DNA of 64,000 nucleotides from the human T2T-CHM13v2.0 reference genome, Homo sapiens: NCBI RefSeq assembly GCF_009914755.1, contig NC_060942.1. One strand, given 5' to 3'. Positions 1 through 19,562 of the stretch are shown one piece after another; position 1 is the stretch's first letter, and the number at the start of each line of letters is the position of its first letter. Position numbers and translations under genes: made by a program. The notes beneath the pieces were generated by a model. It made no database searches, had not been told where the DNA came from, and was given only the letters and a program-made list of their open reading frames with translations.

Positions 1-59
1 ACCATGTATATCTGAAATATCCCTATACTGTCCTTAGCATATATTCTTATACTTGTGCT

Positions 60-900
60 ATATTATCCTTATGCTTGCTTATTTGACTGGACATTAAATT
101 CTAGACTTAGAATCCTAGATTAGAATTGTATGATTCATGTTCTGTTGTTTTCTAATATCGAGTGTTGTTGAGAAATCTGATGCCATTCTTACTGTTGATC
201 ATGTTTTATGTGACCTGCTTTTTTCCCCTTCATTCTGGAAACTTGTGGATCCCCTCCCCACTCTCCATGAGGCTCTAGTATTTTACAGCAATGTGCCTTG
301 AAATGGATCTGTTTTGCATTTATTTTGTTTAATATTCCACAATCTTTTTCAGACTAGAGTCTCAAGTATTCCAGTTTTGTAAAGTTTTATTGGGAAAGGG
401 GTCATTTTATCATTTTTGCTAATTTTCTACCTTTTATTTTTCCTGCTTTTTTATTCTCTCCTCAGGGGTGTTGGAAATTGAGAACCAAATCTCTAATTTG
501 TTACCTTTTCTCTCCCATTTCATGTGATAATTTATTCCCACTGAATTTTGAGAGATTTCTTTTAATTCATCTTCCAACTTATTTATTGAATATTTAATTT
601 GTGCAATCAAATTATATTTGTAATAAGTTTCTAAAAATCTTTTAATATTCTTGTGTTTTTATCCTGTTGATGGATGGATTATCATTTCTTAGATTACCAG
701 GGTATTAATGACGTCTTTTTGGATTTCATTCTTTGCATTACTGATGTTTCCTTCATGTGCTGTTATCTTCTTATGTATTACTTTTTCCACTTCCTTTATG
801 CTAAGGGCCTTCTTTGATGTCTGGTAATCTTAAATTGTCAGTTTACATTAAAATGAAGTATGAAAAAGCTGATTTTAAACTACAAATTTTAGCACTTGAG
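60..900 (-). mobile_element. Old L1M fragment (ORF1/5' region)
   Basis: T-rich sequence with 'ttgagaaatctgatgccattctt', typical of antisense old L1M. Boundaries are approximate. Confidence 0.5.
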
Positions 901-954
901 TTGGACTTATTAAGTAGTGAAATGGGAGAATTACTTGACCCCCCTTGCAGGATA

Positions 955-1682
955 TGTGACACCGGTGTGGCCTGTCTGTTTGGCTGCTGCACCCTCAAAC
1001 CCCTTATGGGACAGGGAGCATGCAGACAGGCAGGAGCTAGGGTGAGCACTTTTGGTCTCTGAGCCCACAGTAGCATCTAGGGGTTGCTGTCTGTGACTCC
1101 CAAATCCCCAGTGAGTGTGCTACAGTGCTCTTTCAGCTCTGCCATCTGCAGACAGCTTAAGTGTTAACCAGCTCAGTGCCTTCTTGGTACCTGGGTTCTT
1201 GTCCAGCATCCAGGAAGAATCAGGTCACATGAACAAATTGAAGGATGGTAAATGTGGGGGATTTTATTGCCAGATGGAGGTGGCTCTCAGCAGGATGGAT
1301 GGGAAGCTAGAAAGGGGGTGGAGTGGGAAGATGATCTTCCCCTGGAGTTTGGTGGTCCCATGGCTGATCTCCTACCCGACTATCCCCAGCTGAACTCCTC
1401 TCGATGTTCAGATGCTCCTTCTCTTCTCTTCTTTTCTGCCACACTGCTCTTCTGTTCCTCTCCTCTTCTGCTAGTCTGCTCATTTGCTTGTGGAGCCTGG
1501 GGTTTGGGGTTAATATGGGTACAGGATAGGGGGACATGGCAGGCCAAAAGGCAACATTTGGGTGTGAAAACAGGAATGACTGTTCTCATTTAGGGCTGTG
1601 GGTTTCCAGGCTTGAGGGTGGGGCCTTTTGCCAGAGAACCACCTTCTTTTACCCAGTATTTCCCTGTCTCCTGTCCATATCA
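955..1682 (-). mobile_element. ERV1 solo LTR of the LTR1/LTR27/LTR28/MER50/MER52 group
   Basis: The minus strand starts TGATATGGACAGGAGACAGGGAAATACTGGGTAAAAGAAGGTGGTTCTCTGGCAAAAGGCCCCACCCTCAAGCCTGG, which is characteristic of this LTR group. The left end and TSD are uncertain. Confidence 0.8.
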
Positions 1683-2213
1683 GTAGGAGCCTCATTGTTG
1701 GGGAATTGATCAGGGATATGACTGCTTTTTTTTTCTCTAGGGCAAAGATAATAATTTTCTCTAGAGAAGGATTATATGATATTCTACCCAAGAAGCATAT
1801 ACCTGGTTGCCATTGCTCTAGGTATCATATGAAGGAAGAAGACATGGGTAGCTCATATCTTTGATTTACTTACTCTTGCCTACATCCCTGTTCTCTCCTG
1901 TGTTTAATATCTCTGAAACTTTGGCCTCTGAGTTGAATATCCCCAGAGGATAAAGCTACCAACAACTCCAAGGTCAGGGAGGGTTAGTAGCCTGGTTTTA
2001 CTGGGTATAGGTAGAAACCTGATCTGAATGACTTTCAGTCCTTCCCCTCCTTCAGGACTATGCTTGGAAGTCCTACCTTCCAAGTTATATAAGCAGGAAC
2101 AATGTCTAGGAATCCCTGACTTTTGTTGTGCTTTTCATTGCCTTGCTTTTTTATTATTGTCTCTTAAGAACGTATTTAGTTTTCCGGCTCTCTTCTTTGG
2201 CTCAGTCAACCTA

Positions 2214-2575
2214 TGATACGGTTTGACTGTGTCCCCACCTAAATCTCATCTTGAATTGTAGCTCCCATAATTCCTACCTGTCATGGGAGGGACCCGTTGG
2301 GAGGTAATTGAATCATGGGGGCAGGTCTTTCCTGTGCTGTTCTCATGATAGTAAATAAGTCTCACGAGATCTGATAGTTTTATAAAGGGGAGTTCCCCTA
2401 CACACGTTCCCTTGCCTGCTGCCATGTAAGACATGTCTTTGCTTCTTTGCACTCTGCCATGATTGTGAGGTTTCTCAGCTATGTGGAACTATGAGTCCAT
2501 TAAACCTCTTTTTCTTTATAAATTACCCAGTCTCAAGTATGTCTTTAATTAGCAGTGTGAGAACAGACTAATCCA
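2214..2575 (+). mobile_element. THE1 (ERVL-MaLR) solo LTR, sense to DCC
   Basis: TGATACGGTTTGACTGTGTCCCCAC...GAACAGACTAATCCA, 362 bp. TATAAA at 2381 and ATTAAA at 2499. Confidence 0.92.
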
Positions 2576-2918
2576 CTATAGCTCCCTCCGATTTGCACCT
2601 TCCAAATATTAGTTGACATCTCTCATGCAATATAGCCTTATTCTCTATTGTTTTGTGGCTTTATACCATTTAGAATATTTTACTGTCATTTTAGCAGTGT
2701 ATGCAAAGGAGAGGTGATAATGCATTCAATCAATCAAAGGAAATGTGTATTTTTGTTAAAACCAGACAAATAAGAATGCTGTCAGATTATAAGAACGAAT
2801 TTAATTTGTCTCTAAGTGGCAATCGCTAACACTTCTTGCTTCTCTGCTTTCTTCACACTTACGTTTGGGTTACTTCTTTGACCCTGTCCCATTGTCCTTT
2901 CTTTCTTCAATGTTTTAA

Positions 2919-3167
<249 letters not shown>

Positions 3168-5039
3168 TGATTTTCTTCCTGGCATCCAGGCAGGTGACAT
3201 CTATTGGCTGGAACAAGAACAACCTTTATATTTTTAACTTTACATTCTCTATAATGTTTTCACTATATATTTCTCTCTGGATCATCGTCTTAATACATGT
3301 ATCATAAAATTTTTATTCATACTAGTTTCTCAGCATTGCTGATTCAACAAAAGCATCTGTTATCTAAAAACTTAACATTTTAACCAGTAACTTTTAAAAG
3401 TCATCTAATGAAATTGTTCCAATTTCAATCACTTTGATTCCCCTCTACCAATATTCAGGGGTGAGAATGGGTTGAAAACTGAAGAAAAGGGTAGATTGTA
3501 AAACAAAGAGAGAGATTATTCTACCTTCTGCCAATATAAAGTAAATTCACTTATGCAGCAATATTGATAGAATTCAGAGTAGATCAACCTTCTCTATGAA
3601 AACTGGACCCAGTTTGCATGTAAAGAATATATTTTTTTAAATTTTATAAAATAATCATGTATTTAATAACTACAACCTTTAATTCACAACAGCTCAGGTT
3701 CCTAGAAAACAGAATGAGGCGAGGCTTTCAACGTAATACCTTTAAAGTTATAAGTTCAGGAAAACAAGAAGGAGAGAACAAGGAAAGCAATCCAGGGAAG
3801 AAGAGAAAACAGATAATGGTGGTACATTATCCATCTGTGGTGGCCACAACTTCGGGGCAAACACAGCACTTGCTAGGTCTCCTGGGTGTCTCTTGAGAAG
3901 CCACATGAACTATCTCACAGTCCATGGATAGAAGGTGTGAGCAGTTGCTCTCTTGTTTCTCACTGGTTGAGTTCACCAACAGCTTACTGATTACTCTGCA
4001 CCTCCCAGGCAGTCCCCAGTGAAGCCAGAGCTTCTGATGACTCTGCAGACACATAGGTGTCTTTTTGTCAATCCACATTTTATGTGATGGTGGCTTGGCC
4101 TAGGGTATGATCAGAGCTCAGGGCTTTTCAAACCTAGGAATATCTTGAGCTACTGCCAGAAACTTGGCAAGCAAAGCATATAGAATGGCTCATGACACAG
4201 CTGGGTAGATGAAGTTGAGCGACTCTGAAGTGGCACATAAACTGGGTCAGGACAACATACAAACCATAAAGCACATGACTTACAATTTATAGATGAGGTA
4301 AACTACCATTGCAAGTGAGAAAAAAGAAAGTAATCCCTTATGTATTCCTTTTCTCTACGCCAGATACTCAGCGAATTTCCATTTGAAATCATGACTCACA
4401 CACATTATAAGCTTCTTGTTCAGCCTACACTCAGAGACTTGAAAGTAACTTGTTTATTTATTTTTTCTTCTTTTCTCTCAGGTTGTCTTTTATGCCTATA
4501 TAATTTTAGCATAATGGCCAGAGCACTTCCAAAGTAGATTGCCAAAAATCATGTTTTAAATATGGACAAAATCTCTGAGGCAGGGAATGGTTGAATCTAA
4601 CGGAAAGTTTAACATTTACCATATCATTTTAAAAGATTTTGAAAAGCCAATATCCTATGTTTTTCTTTTTCCCCTGACAAAATAATGGGGAAGATGGTAA
4701 AAATAATCAAAGTGAGGAACATGTATTCATTAGGATATTTGGTACAATATGACTTTTACTTTGAGAGAAATCACCAAAATTGAAAAATCTTGCTAAAAAT
4801 ATTTTAGTATGGATTCTAAGATTTAATATTAGAGTAGAGGAGACACTAAGGATAATTTAATCCAAGCTCTTCCAGACATAGAGATTTGAAGCCTCAAAAC
4901 TTTATCATCATTGCTTTTGCTTCTCAAATGATAAACATTGAGAATATAAAATTAATTTCTTACTATAAAATAATTAACTAAAGGATTAATATTCCAATAA
5001 AAAAGCTAATGATTGGATGTTCAATTCACAGAACTATAC

Positions 5040-5247
5040 GCAGCCAATAAAGATGATAAAATGTTCAATCTCATTAGCAAATAGAGAAATGCAAATTAAA
5101 ATAAAAATGAGTTAGCATTTTCCTTTGATTAAAGTAATAAAGATAAAAATAAATGAGGGCATCCCATTCTGGAAAGCATATGAGAAATGTAAACTCTCAT
5201 ATACTGCTTGTGGGACAGAAAATGTCCATAACCCTTCTGGAAAGCAA

Positions 5248-5316
<69 letters not shown>

Positions 5317-5800
5317 TTTATACGAGGTATATACATGTGTATGTGGATGTATGTCTGTACATATAATTTTCTTTTCATAAAGATATGACCCAGGTTTCCA
5401 AATTCTACGAGTTTATCCTAGGAAGCAATCATATTTTTGCAAAGTTTTTAGCTAGATGCATATTGTCATATTATTTTAATAGCTAATAGTGTTTTTGAAA
5501 ACCTAAATATCCAACTATAGGAAGTTACCTAGAAAACTCAGACACAGTTGTATCTTGGAATACTATATGTCTAATTTAAATGAAATAGTGTAAAAATGTT
5601 AAATCATATGTAAATTATGATTATTTAAAACATAGTAAGCAAATACCCCAGTTTTAAGTCAGTATTAGTACAAGAGCTCGTATTTATTAAAAAAAGCATT
5701 CACATAAAAATATTTAGAATAATATATATCCCAAATTGTTGACCGTGAATATTGCTTACTTTGTAACAACAGTATGATATGTATTTTTAATTGCATATGC
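5040..5800 (+). mobile_element. Old L1M 3' fragment
   Basis: 'atgttcaatctcattagcaaatagagaaatgcaaattaaaataaaaatgag' resembles the L1 ORF2 C-terminus. Highly diverged. Confidence 0.6.
5248..5312. repeat. (TG)5(TA)27 microsatellite
   Basis: Read directly: uninterrupted TA at 5258-5312. Confidence 0.98.
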
Positions 5801-6109
5801 AAAATGAAAAACAATAAGTTAAAAATATTACAATTTTTGCTTTCAAAAATTGAAGATTTCTTCCCACTAATGCTAACTCAATATCATCTGAATGGCTTAG
5901 AAAGCAGTGGTCCAGAAAACAAATGAATAGTAGCCTCATGGCCAGTAGAATTTGCTAGCGTTAATTGCTTAGTCCTTATGAGTTATTTTGGCAAATGGAA
6001 GTTAACACATTCAGTTAGTATTTTCAAACCAAGATTCTGACTCCCTAAATAACACATTTAGGACTTTCCCTCTGTTTAAGGTAAAATCATTGAAAAAACG
6101 CAGTACGGC

Positions 6110-6873
6110 AACTATTAGCTTTCTCACCAGCAGAGACCCAAAACAAAATACCACGAATTTCGTAACTTGAAAGAATAGACATTTATTCTCATAGTTCAGG
6201 AGGCCAGAAGTCTGACATTAAGGTGTTGGTAGGTTCAGCTCCCTCTGTAGGCTCTGAGAAAGAACCCATCCCACAAGTCTCTCCTAACTGCTGGGGTTAC
6301 CGGCAGTCCCTGGTCTTCCTTGGCTTGTAGATGCATTGCTCTAATCTCTGCCTCCATCTTTTTATACTTTCCTCTCTGTGTTCTCTCCTCTTCCTTTTTT
6401 ATTTGTTTTGTTTTTTTGAGACAGGGTTTTGCTCTCTTACCCAGGCTGGAGTACCGTGGCATGATCATAGTTTACTGCAGACTTGACCTTCGGGACTCAA
6501 GTGATCCTCCTGCCTCGGCCTACGGAGCAGCTGGGACTATAGGTGTGTTTCACCACACCCAGCTAATTTTTTAAATTTTTCGTAGAGACAAGGTCTTGCT
6601 TTGTTGCCCAGGCTGGTCTCAAACTCTTGGCCTCAAGTCATTCTCCCTCCACAGCCTCCCAAAGTGCTAGGATTATAGGCATAAGACACTGTGCCTGGCC
6701 TCTCTCCTCTTCCAATTAGGACATTAGAGATAGAGCCCACTTGAAATCCAGGATGACTTCATCTTGAGATCATCAACTAATTATAACTGTAAAGACCCTA
6801 CTTCCAAATAAGGTCACATGCTGATCCTTCAGACATGCATGAATTCTAGGGGGATACCATTCAAACTACTATA
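6110..6873 (-). mobile_element. MLT1 LTR interrupted by an Alu
   Basis: 'atttattctcatagttcaggaggccagaagtctg' and 'aaagaccctacttccaaataaggtcaca' are MLT1 motifs lying on either side of the Alu. Confidence 0.85.
6395..6700 (-). mobile_element. AluJ nested in MLT1
   Basis: Full-length diverged Alu. TSD tctctcctcttcc at 6382-6394 and 6701-6713. Confidence 0.95.
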
Positions 6874-7271
6874 GACTCCTTTTTAAATTTTTCCTCTCAA
6901 GGACAATCATTTTGAATTGTATCTTCTAATAAACTTTACTTACTCAAAAATAAATAATTCAGTTCTACATTTTCATTCATCTAAAATATGTGTGACAGTT
7001 AGAACTTCTAATCAGCATGAGGTAACCCATCACCACTCTGGTTTATTATCATTCCAGCCAAAAGCAAAGTGAGATGAATTAATTAGTTATTAGGAACAGC
7101 TCACAAATGCCCATTTGCATCTTCATAGAGCTGTAAGAATTTGGATCCAAAATATGTAGGCTTTATTCATATTGTTACATCTTGATTTCATGAGTTATAA
7201 TAAAGCATTTAGGAATGCAAACAAAATATGAGCAGTTATATGTGCGACTATGCCTGAGATTTACTGCAAAC

Positions 7272-7315
7272 ATATATGTGCGTGTATATATATATATATA
7301 TACGTGTATATATAC

Positions 7316-7350
<35 letters not shown>
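7272..7350. repeat. Compound (TA)n/(TG)n microsatellite
   Basis: Read directly. Confidence 0.95.
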
Positions 7351-7351
<1 letters not shown>

Positions 7352-8357
7352 TCTTTCTAAATTTGAACTAAAGCAATAAAAAGAGTTAATGAACAGCATC
7401 ATATACTTAAAATTTTTTTGAGTAGCTTTGGAAAATCGTTCCCTCCTCTCCCCTGCTCTGTGACTGGGCTACAGAAACACCTGTTGCATTGCTAGATATT
7501 ATGGGAATATATGTCTTCAATGCTACAAAACATTAAGGAACCAGGGAGCGCTACATACTTGTAGATTGGCTTTGGTTTAGACATGTCCCCAGGATATATA
7601 TAGCACTTACACACTTTGTTGTAAGCAGAAGTAATTGATTTTCCATATAAATCTACAGCACTGTAAAATGTAAAGGATTTGATCCTATGATTTTAATGCC
7701 TATAAGATACATGGATTTATTGATTTGGCTGTTTAAAAAATTGGAAATTTCAGAATGCTCCATTTGTATGTTATAAATATTCAGGTGTAGATACTCAAAT
7801 TTTTTTTTACAATCTTCTATTTGTTAGACAGGTGTTTTTTGTGTGTATGTGTTTTTTTAATGAGAATAATGAGACATCTGCAATAACAAAGTAATTCAGA
7901 GTTATAACAAGAATTGAAATCACTGCTATCAGGTTTATTGTGAGAACCCATGTCAACTAAATTTTAAAACGTTTTTAATTTTTGACTGCTCTTCAGGGAA
8001 GGTTGTTTGAATTGAATTTAAGAGTTTTCTTGTGTTTCATGGTCAATATATAATAAACATAATAATAAAGATGCATTGATAGTTTATGGACTGAAAAATT
8101 GAAATAATAGCATAGCAATTTTATAACAGGGCTAACATTGGGAAATTGTGTTGTTTGAATAATATGCCATCTCTTACTAGAAGTTCTAAAAATTAGAAAT
8201 AGAACATAAGAATTACAAAGCTTGAGGACACTTAGCATTCAGGATAGAAACCTGCAGAGATAATCAACTTTCAACAACTGAATTTTTTACAGCTATGAAA
8301 AGCATTGCTAGTTACACCGTACTACCCTTACAATAAAGGTATACTTAGAAGCATCTA

Positions 8358-8359
<2 letters not shown>

Positions 8360-8400
<41 letters not shown>
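8360..8400. repeat. (CA)20 microsatellite
   Basis: Read directly. Confidence 0.98.
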
Positions 8401-8404
<4 letters not shown>

Positions 8405-8472
8405 GATTGAACTTTATGATCCTGACAAACATAGCAGGAAACACAGAATTCGTCTCATCCAAACTGGTTGGG

Positions 8473-8802
<330 letters not shown>

Positions 8803-9039
8803 ATACTGCTTATTTTACAGAAGAAATAACTGAGGTCTGGAGGGTGGTATGGCTAAGGTCCTCCACTAGTTAAGGAGATGATCCCAGGTGAATTGTGTGT
8901 TGTCTAACTCCTCATTATGTGCTCCTTTCACTATGCGTGTTGTCATCTTTAGTTCACTTTATTGTGAGTGATTAAGGCTGTTATATAACTTTGTAAAAGA
9001 TAATTAACATTAAAAACAATGTTTAACATTTACAACAAT

Positions 9040-9280
9040 AATACCCATATTATTACTTACTGAACTCAAATCATTCACTATGCTAAAAGCTATATGTGTG
9101 TTTTCCATTTTAATCTTTATGACAGTTTTTATTTATGTATCCCCATTTTATGGATGAGGGCATGGAAGTAAACAAAGAGGCCTGGTTTTTCATGGTCAAC
9201 CAGCTAATAAGTAATGGAATGAAAATTCAAACCTAATACTGCCTGAATAGAAAACCTATATTCTTACCTCTTAAACTGTA
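9040..9280. mobile_element. MIR remnant
   Basis: MIR-core-like 'tatccccatttttatggatgagg...catggtcaaccagctaataagt'. Confidence 0.6.
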
Positions 9281-9406
9281 AATAATGTGTTTCTCACCGT
9301 AGGCAATGCATTCGTGATTGTATCAGTATTAAAAGGGATAGGAGAAAAACACAAGGATGGAAAAAGATGTCTATTGGACAATAAAACTTAAAGATTACCA
9401 TACAGT

Positions 9407-9741
<335 letters not shown>

Positions 9742-9903
9742 TTACCATACAGCTAGAGGAGCTGACTAACTCTAGAACATATTAAATAAAAGCTTTCCTG
9801 GCCAAATTATTTAAATTTTTAAAAATATTCCTATTATCCCAGTTCAGGAACTAGATCTAAGATAACAGCTTTTCAAAATATACATACAAAAAAAAAGCTT
9901 TTA

Positions 9904-10515
<612 letters not shown>

Positions 10516-10603
10516 CTATCAGAGTTGGGGCCCCCAAAAATTGCTTGGTGGTGGTTATTGTTGGTATAACTCTGGAAGATAACTCTTTTCTCTAATAGGG
10601 TAT

Positions 10604-10921
10604 ATTTATTTATTTATTATTGTTATTATTATTATTTTGAAGACAGAGTCTCGCTCTGTGGCCCAGGGTTGAGTGCAGCGGCACGATCTCGTCTCACTGC
10701 AACCTCCGCGTCTCGGGTACAAGTGATTCTCCCACCTCAGCCTCCTGAATAGCTGGGATTACAGACGTGCGTCACCACGTCAGGCTAATTTTTGTATTTT
10801 TAGTAGAAACGGAGTTTCACCATGTTGGCCAAGCTGGTCTGGAACTCCCGACCTCAAGTGATTCGCCTGCCTCGGCCTCCCAAAGTGCTGGGATTACAGG
10901 CTTGAGCCACCGCTCCCGGCC
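10604..10921 (-). mobile_element. AluS
   Basis: (TTA)n tail and full Alu body. Confidence 0.95.
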
Positions 10922-12342
10922 GCATTTCTAAGCAAGAGAACAAATTAACTCTTCTTGAGACTGAATTTTGGATATTACTGATTTCTTAGCTTGATCCACT
11001 GTCAAAAATAATAGAATCATCAATTTTAACCTCCCTACCTGCCTATTATTCAAGTCTGATGTAGTGATCATAGATAGATATTTCTTCCATGCCTGCATAG
11101 TGCTTTAAATTTGTTGCTAATGTCTCTCTTGGGTTCTAGCATAGGGCATGTGGGCCTTTGAAGGTGCCCAGCAAGAGACAGAACAGAGTCAAGATTCTTT
11201 ACCCAAGGATAGTCCAAGCTTTAACTAAAACACCATAATACGTTAGCTTAATTTCTCTGAGCCTTATTCATGTCTCTAAAATGGGACCAATCATGTATTC
11301 TGCGCCAAAATCGCAGGGTATTTGAAAAATCAAGAAAGTAACCTGGAAATCACTGTGCCAATGTCAGTTATCACTACATCTATGAAACGCTTGATTTTAT
11401 AAATCACTTTTACAGGCAATTTTTCATTTGACCCTCACAAGAAACACTATAAAGTGGAAGCATGTATTATTACTTAATCACGTTAGATAGGAAATAGCTA
11501 TTAAAAGAGCCTCCAGTACATCTAAAATTTTCCCAAACAAATCACAGCATAGAAGCAGGGCCACCTGAAACCTGGAATTCTAAAGGTAATGTCCAGACTG
11601 CTTCTCTGAAAAGTCAAAATTTCTGCTTCTGCTTTATATCATGCACTTACTTGGGTATAAAAAAAGGATCGCAAGTTAAATTTTCTTGATAAAGGTTTGA
11701 TAAAAAAGTTACCGAATTTAGAATCCAAAGTCTTGGATAAACATGTTTTATAGGAGAAACTTAATTTGTTTTTATCCCACTAGGATAAAACTAGTGCAGT
11801 CTATCTGTAAGTGATACTATGGTAAATCAGATTCAGTGCAACCTAAGGAAGAACTTTTCTAAAAAGCAAAACTTGAAGGTGAGTTATCTCCGTTGCTGAA
11901 TTTCTCATCCAACAAAAGTATTCCTGCTTTATTTACAGGGACACTTTGTTAGATATTCAGCATTATATGAGCCATTTGACTAGATATTACTGAAGATTTT
12001 CTTTAATAATGGGATTCTATACATATCTAAATTTTTTTTATACTTAACCTAGCTTTTTTAGGTGTTTGTAGTTAGATTCCACAGCCCAGCAAAGTTGAAG
12101 GTGTTTTAAGGATAAAATATAATACTTCAAAGACATTTGGCAGGATTTTCAGAGTGACCTGAGGCACTAATCTCTACAGGATGCTAAAACTTCCCTGCAG
12201 ATGTAATAGAAAGGAAGATATGAAGAGCTCCCCTACTGTATATGGTTGGAAGGGATACTCTGATAAATAGTATAGCCTGGCCAGGTGAGATCCCTTTGGG
12301 GAAATACTTACAATACACTAGATGGCCTCTAAACTGCTTTCT

Positions 12343-16884
<4,542 letters not shown>

Positions 16885-16943
16885 TAAATTGCTTTCTAAT
16901 GATAACTTCAAGTTGTTAGCAGACTTTGCTTTGCTTAAAACAG

Positions 16944-17349
16944 GTATATCAGTCAGATTTTCACCAGAGAAAGAAAGCCAGCAGGAAATACATACTAAGA
17001 AAAGTATTGCAAGGAATTGGTTTAAGTGGTTATGATGGCTGGCCAGGCAATTCAAAAATCACTGGGCAGGCCATTAAGAGGGGCAGGCTGGAGCTCTCAA
17101 GCTAAGTCCACAGCCATGGCAGGGCAGAAGTTCTGCCTCAGGGCAGCCTCAGTTCTGCACTTAAGGTCTTTTATCTGAATGAATCTGGGCCATCCAAATA
17201 GATTACGGCAATATCTCTTAGTTAAAGTCAACTACATATGGACTTATTCCCATCGACAAAATACCTTCACAGTAATACCTCAGTTAGTGTTGGATTGAAT
17301 AACTGGGTGCTGTAGCCACCTAAGTTGATACATATAACTGACCATCACA
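16944..17349 (-). mobile_element. MLT2 (ERVL) LTR
   Basis: 'aaggaattgg...' and the end 'aaaataccttcacagtaatacc...aagttgatacatataactgaccatcaca' are typical of MLT2. Confidence 0.8.
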
Positions 17350-17386
17350 GAGGATATTTCAAATCAATCACTGGAGACAGTATTGA

Positions 17387-17747
<361 letters not shown>

Positions 17748-19226
17748 AAGAGTACATTTTTGATGGATTAGAACTTTATTTTAAATAAGAGCATTATGAA
17801 AGTCATAAGCTGTTATGAGTAGGTAACCATTTCTTCTCAGAGTTCTCTCCCTATTAATTTTTTAATTTCCCAGAAAATCTCTGTAACCCCTCTGCCTCTG
17901 TAATCAACAACAGTGCCTACTAAATGGTGAAAAAGATGAACAAAATTAGATCAATACCATGTTAACAAATCAAAGTGAGCACGAGCCTACTTAAGGAATG
18001 ACAAAGGCCTTATGTTGGAAGCATCTCTTTGCCATCTTGTTGATGTGGTTGAATGCTGTATATTAACCTAATGTTTTCTTTATGTTAAGTTTTAGTTTTA
18101 GTGGATTTTTCAAGTATTGTTTTGTGTGTGCATCTTCCCTGCTTCAGGTACTATTGTGGGCCCTATGAATATGCAATTAAAACCTGAATAATATTAATAA
18201 CAAAGATAAGAGCACCAATGATAGTCTCAATATATGTCTTCATGGAGCTTCTAGTCTATTTTATAAAATTAGAAGCTTCTTTAGAGGACAGAAATTTGTG
18301 TTATAGATATTATGTAGGTGAATTTATCAAATGGTCTAATAGTACCGTCTATTGAAGGCAACTGTTTGTTCCTTGACAATAACTAATCCTTTCTAACCAT
18401 TATTTAAAATACCATCTCCTATTAGTAGTAAGTTTGAATTCCCCTTACTACTAAGTATTCATCTTCCTATGCAAAAAATCTTCAAATATGTAATTTTGTA
18501 CATGAGCGTAATTACTTTTATTATGCATTTTTTTCTTGACACCAAATATTTGCACTATTTCAGATGAATGGGGGATAACAGTTACATTTTTATCTTTATC
18601 AGCGTTGTTTAATTCCTTGAGGTTTAAGGACTTGATCATTTAGTCTGAGTCTCAAAAATGTCCTATGGTCTTTTCACAAATATCATTTATTTTACAATAA
18701 TTTATCATGTTAATGAGCTACTTTCAGCTTTTTGTAAGAGGAAAGTCACTTACATCAAAAATTTTCATATATCAGATAAATGATCCATGTGGTCTCTCTA
18801 GTTTACCTATGTTCTCTGTGCGTTTTGAAATAAGCCCTAATGTGATCATTGTGCACAATATTATGCCAAAATCATCATAGGGATTGATTTTCTATATCTC
18901 TTGTGTGGAAGCTAATGCAAAACAAAATATTCTTGAAAGATGGTTTTAAGAGACAAAAGCCCTAATATTTTCTTCTGAAGTGCATTTTCTTTGGATTCTT
19001 GATTTTTGGCCTAAAGAAAACATAATCACAGACCTTGAATGAATGATGGAGACATAAATTTTTAGATTGACTGTTCTTGATTTATAGACGTGGATCTTCT
19101 GAACAGTAAGGAAAAATTATCCATGTAATTTTTGATTATTTCTTCATCATTTATATTTTATATTCTGCATCTGCCCTGAGGCTATTTACATGGACACATT
19201 TTTATAAACTGGAAAAAAACTCATAA

Positions 19227-19562
<336 letters not shown>

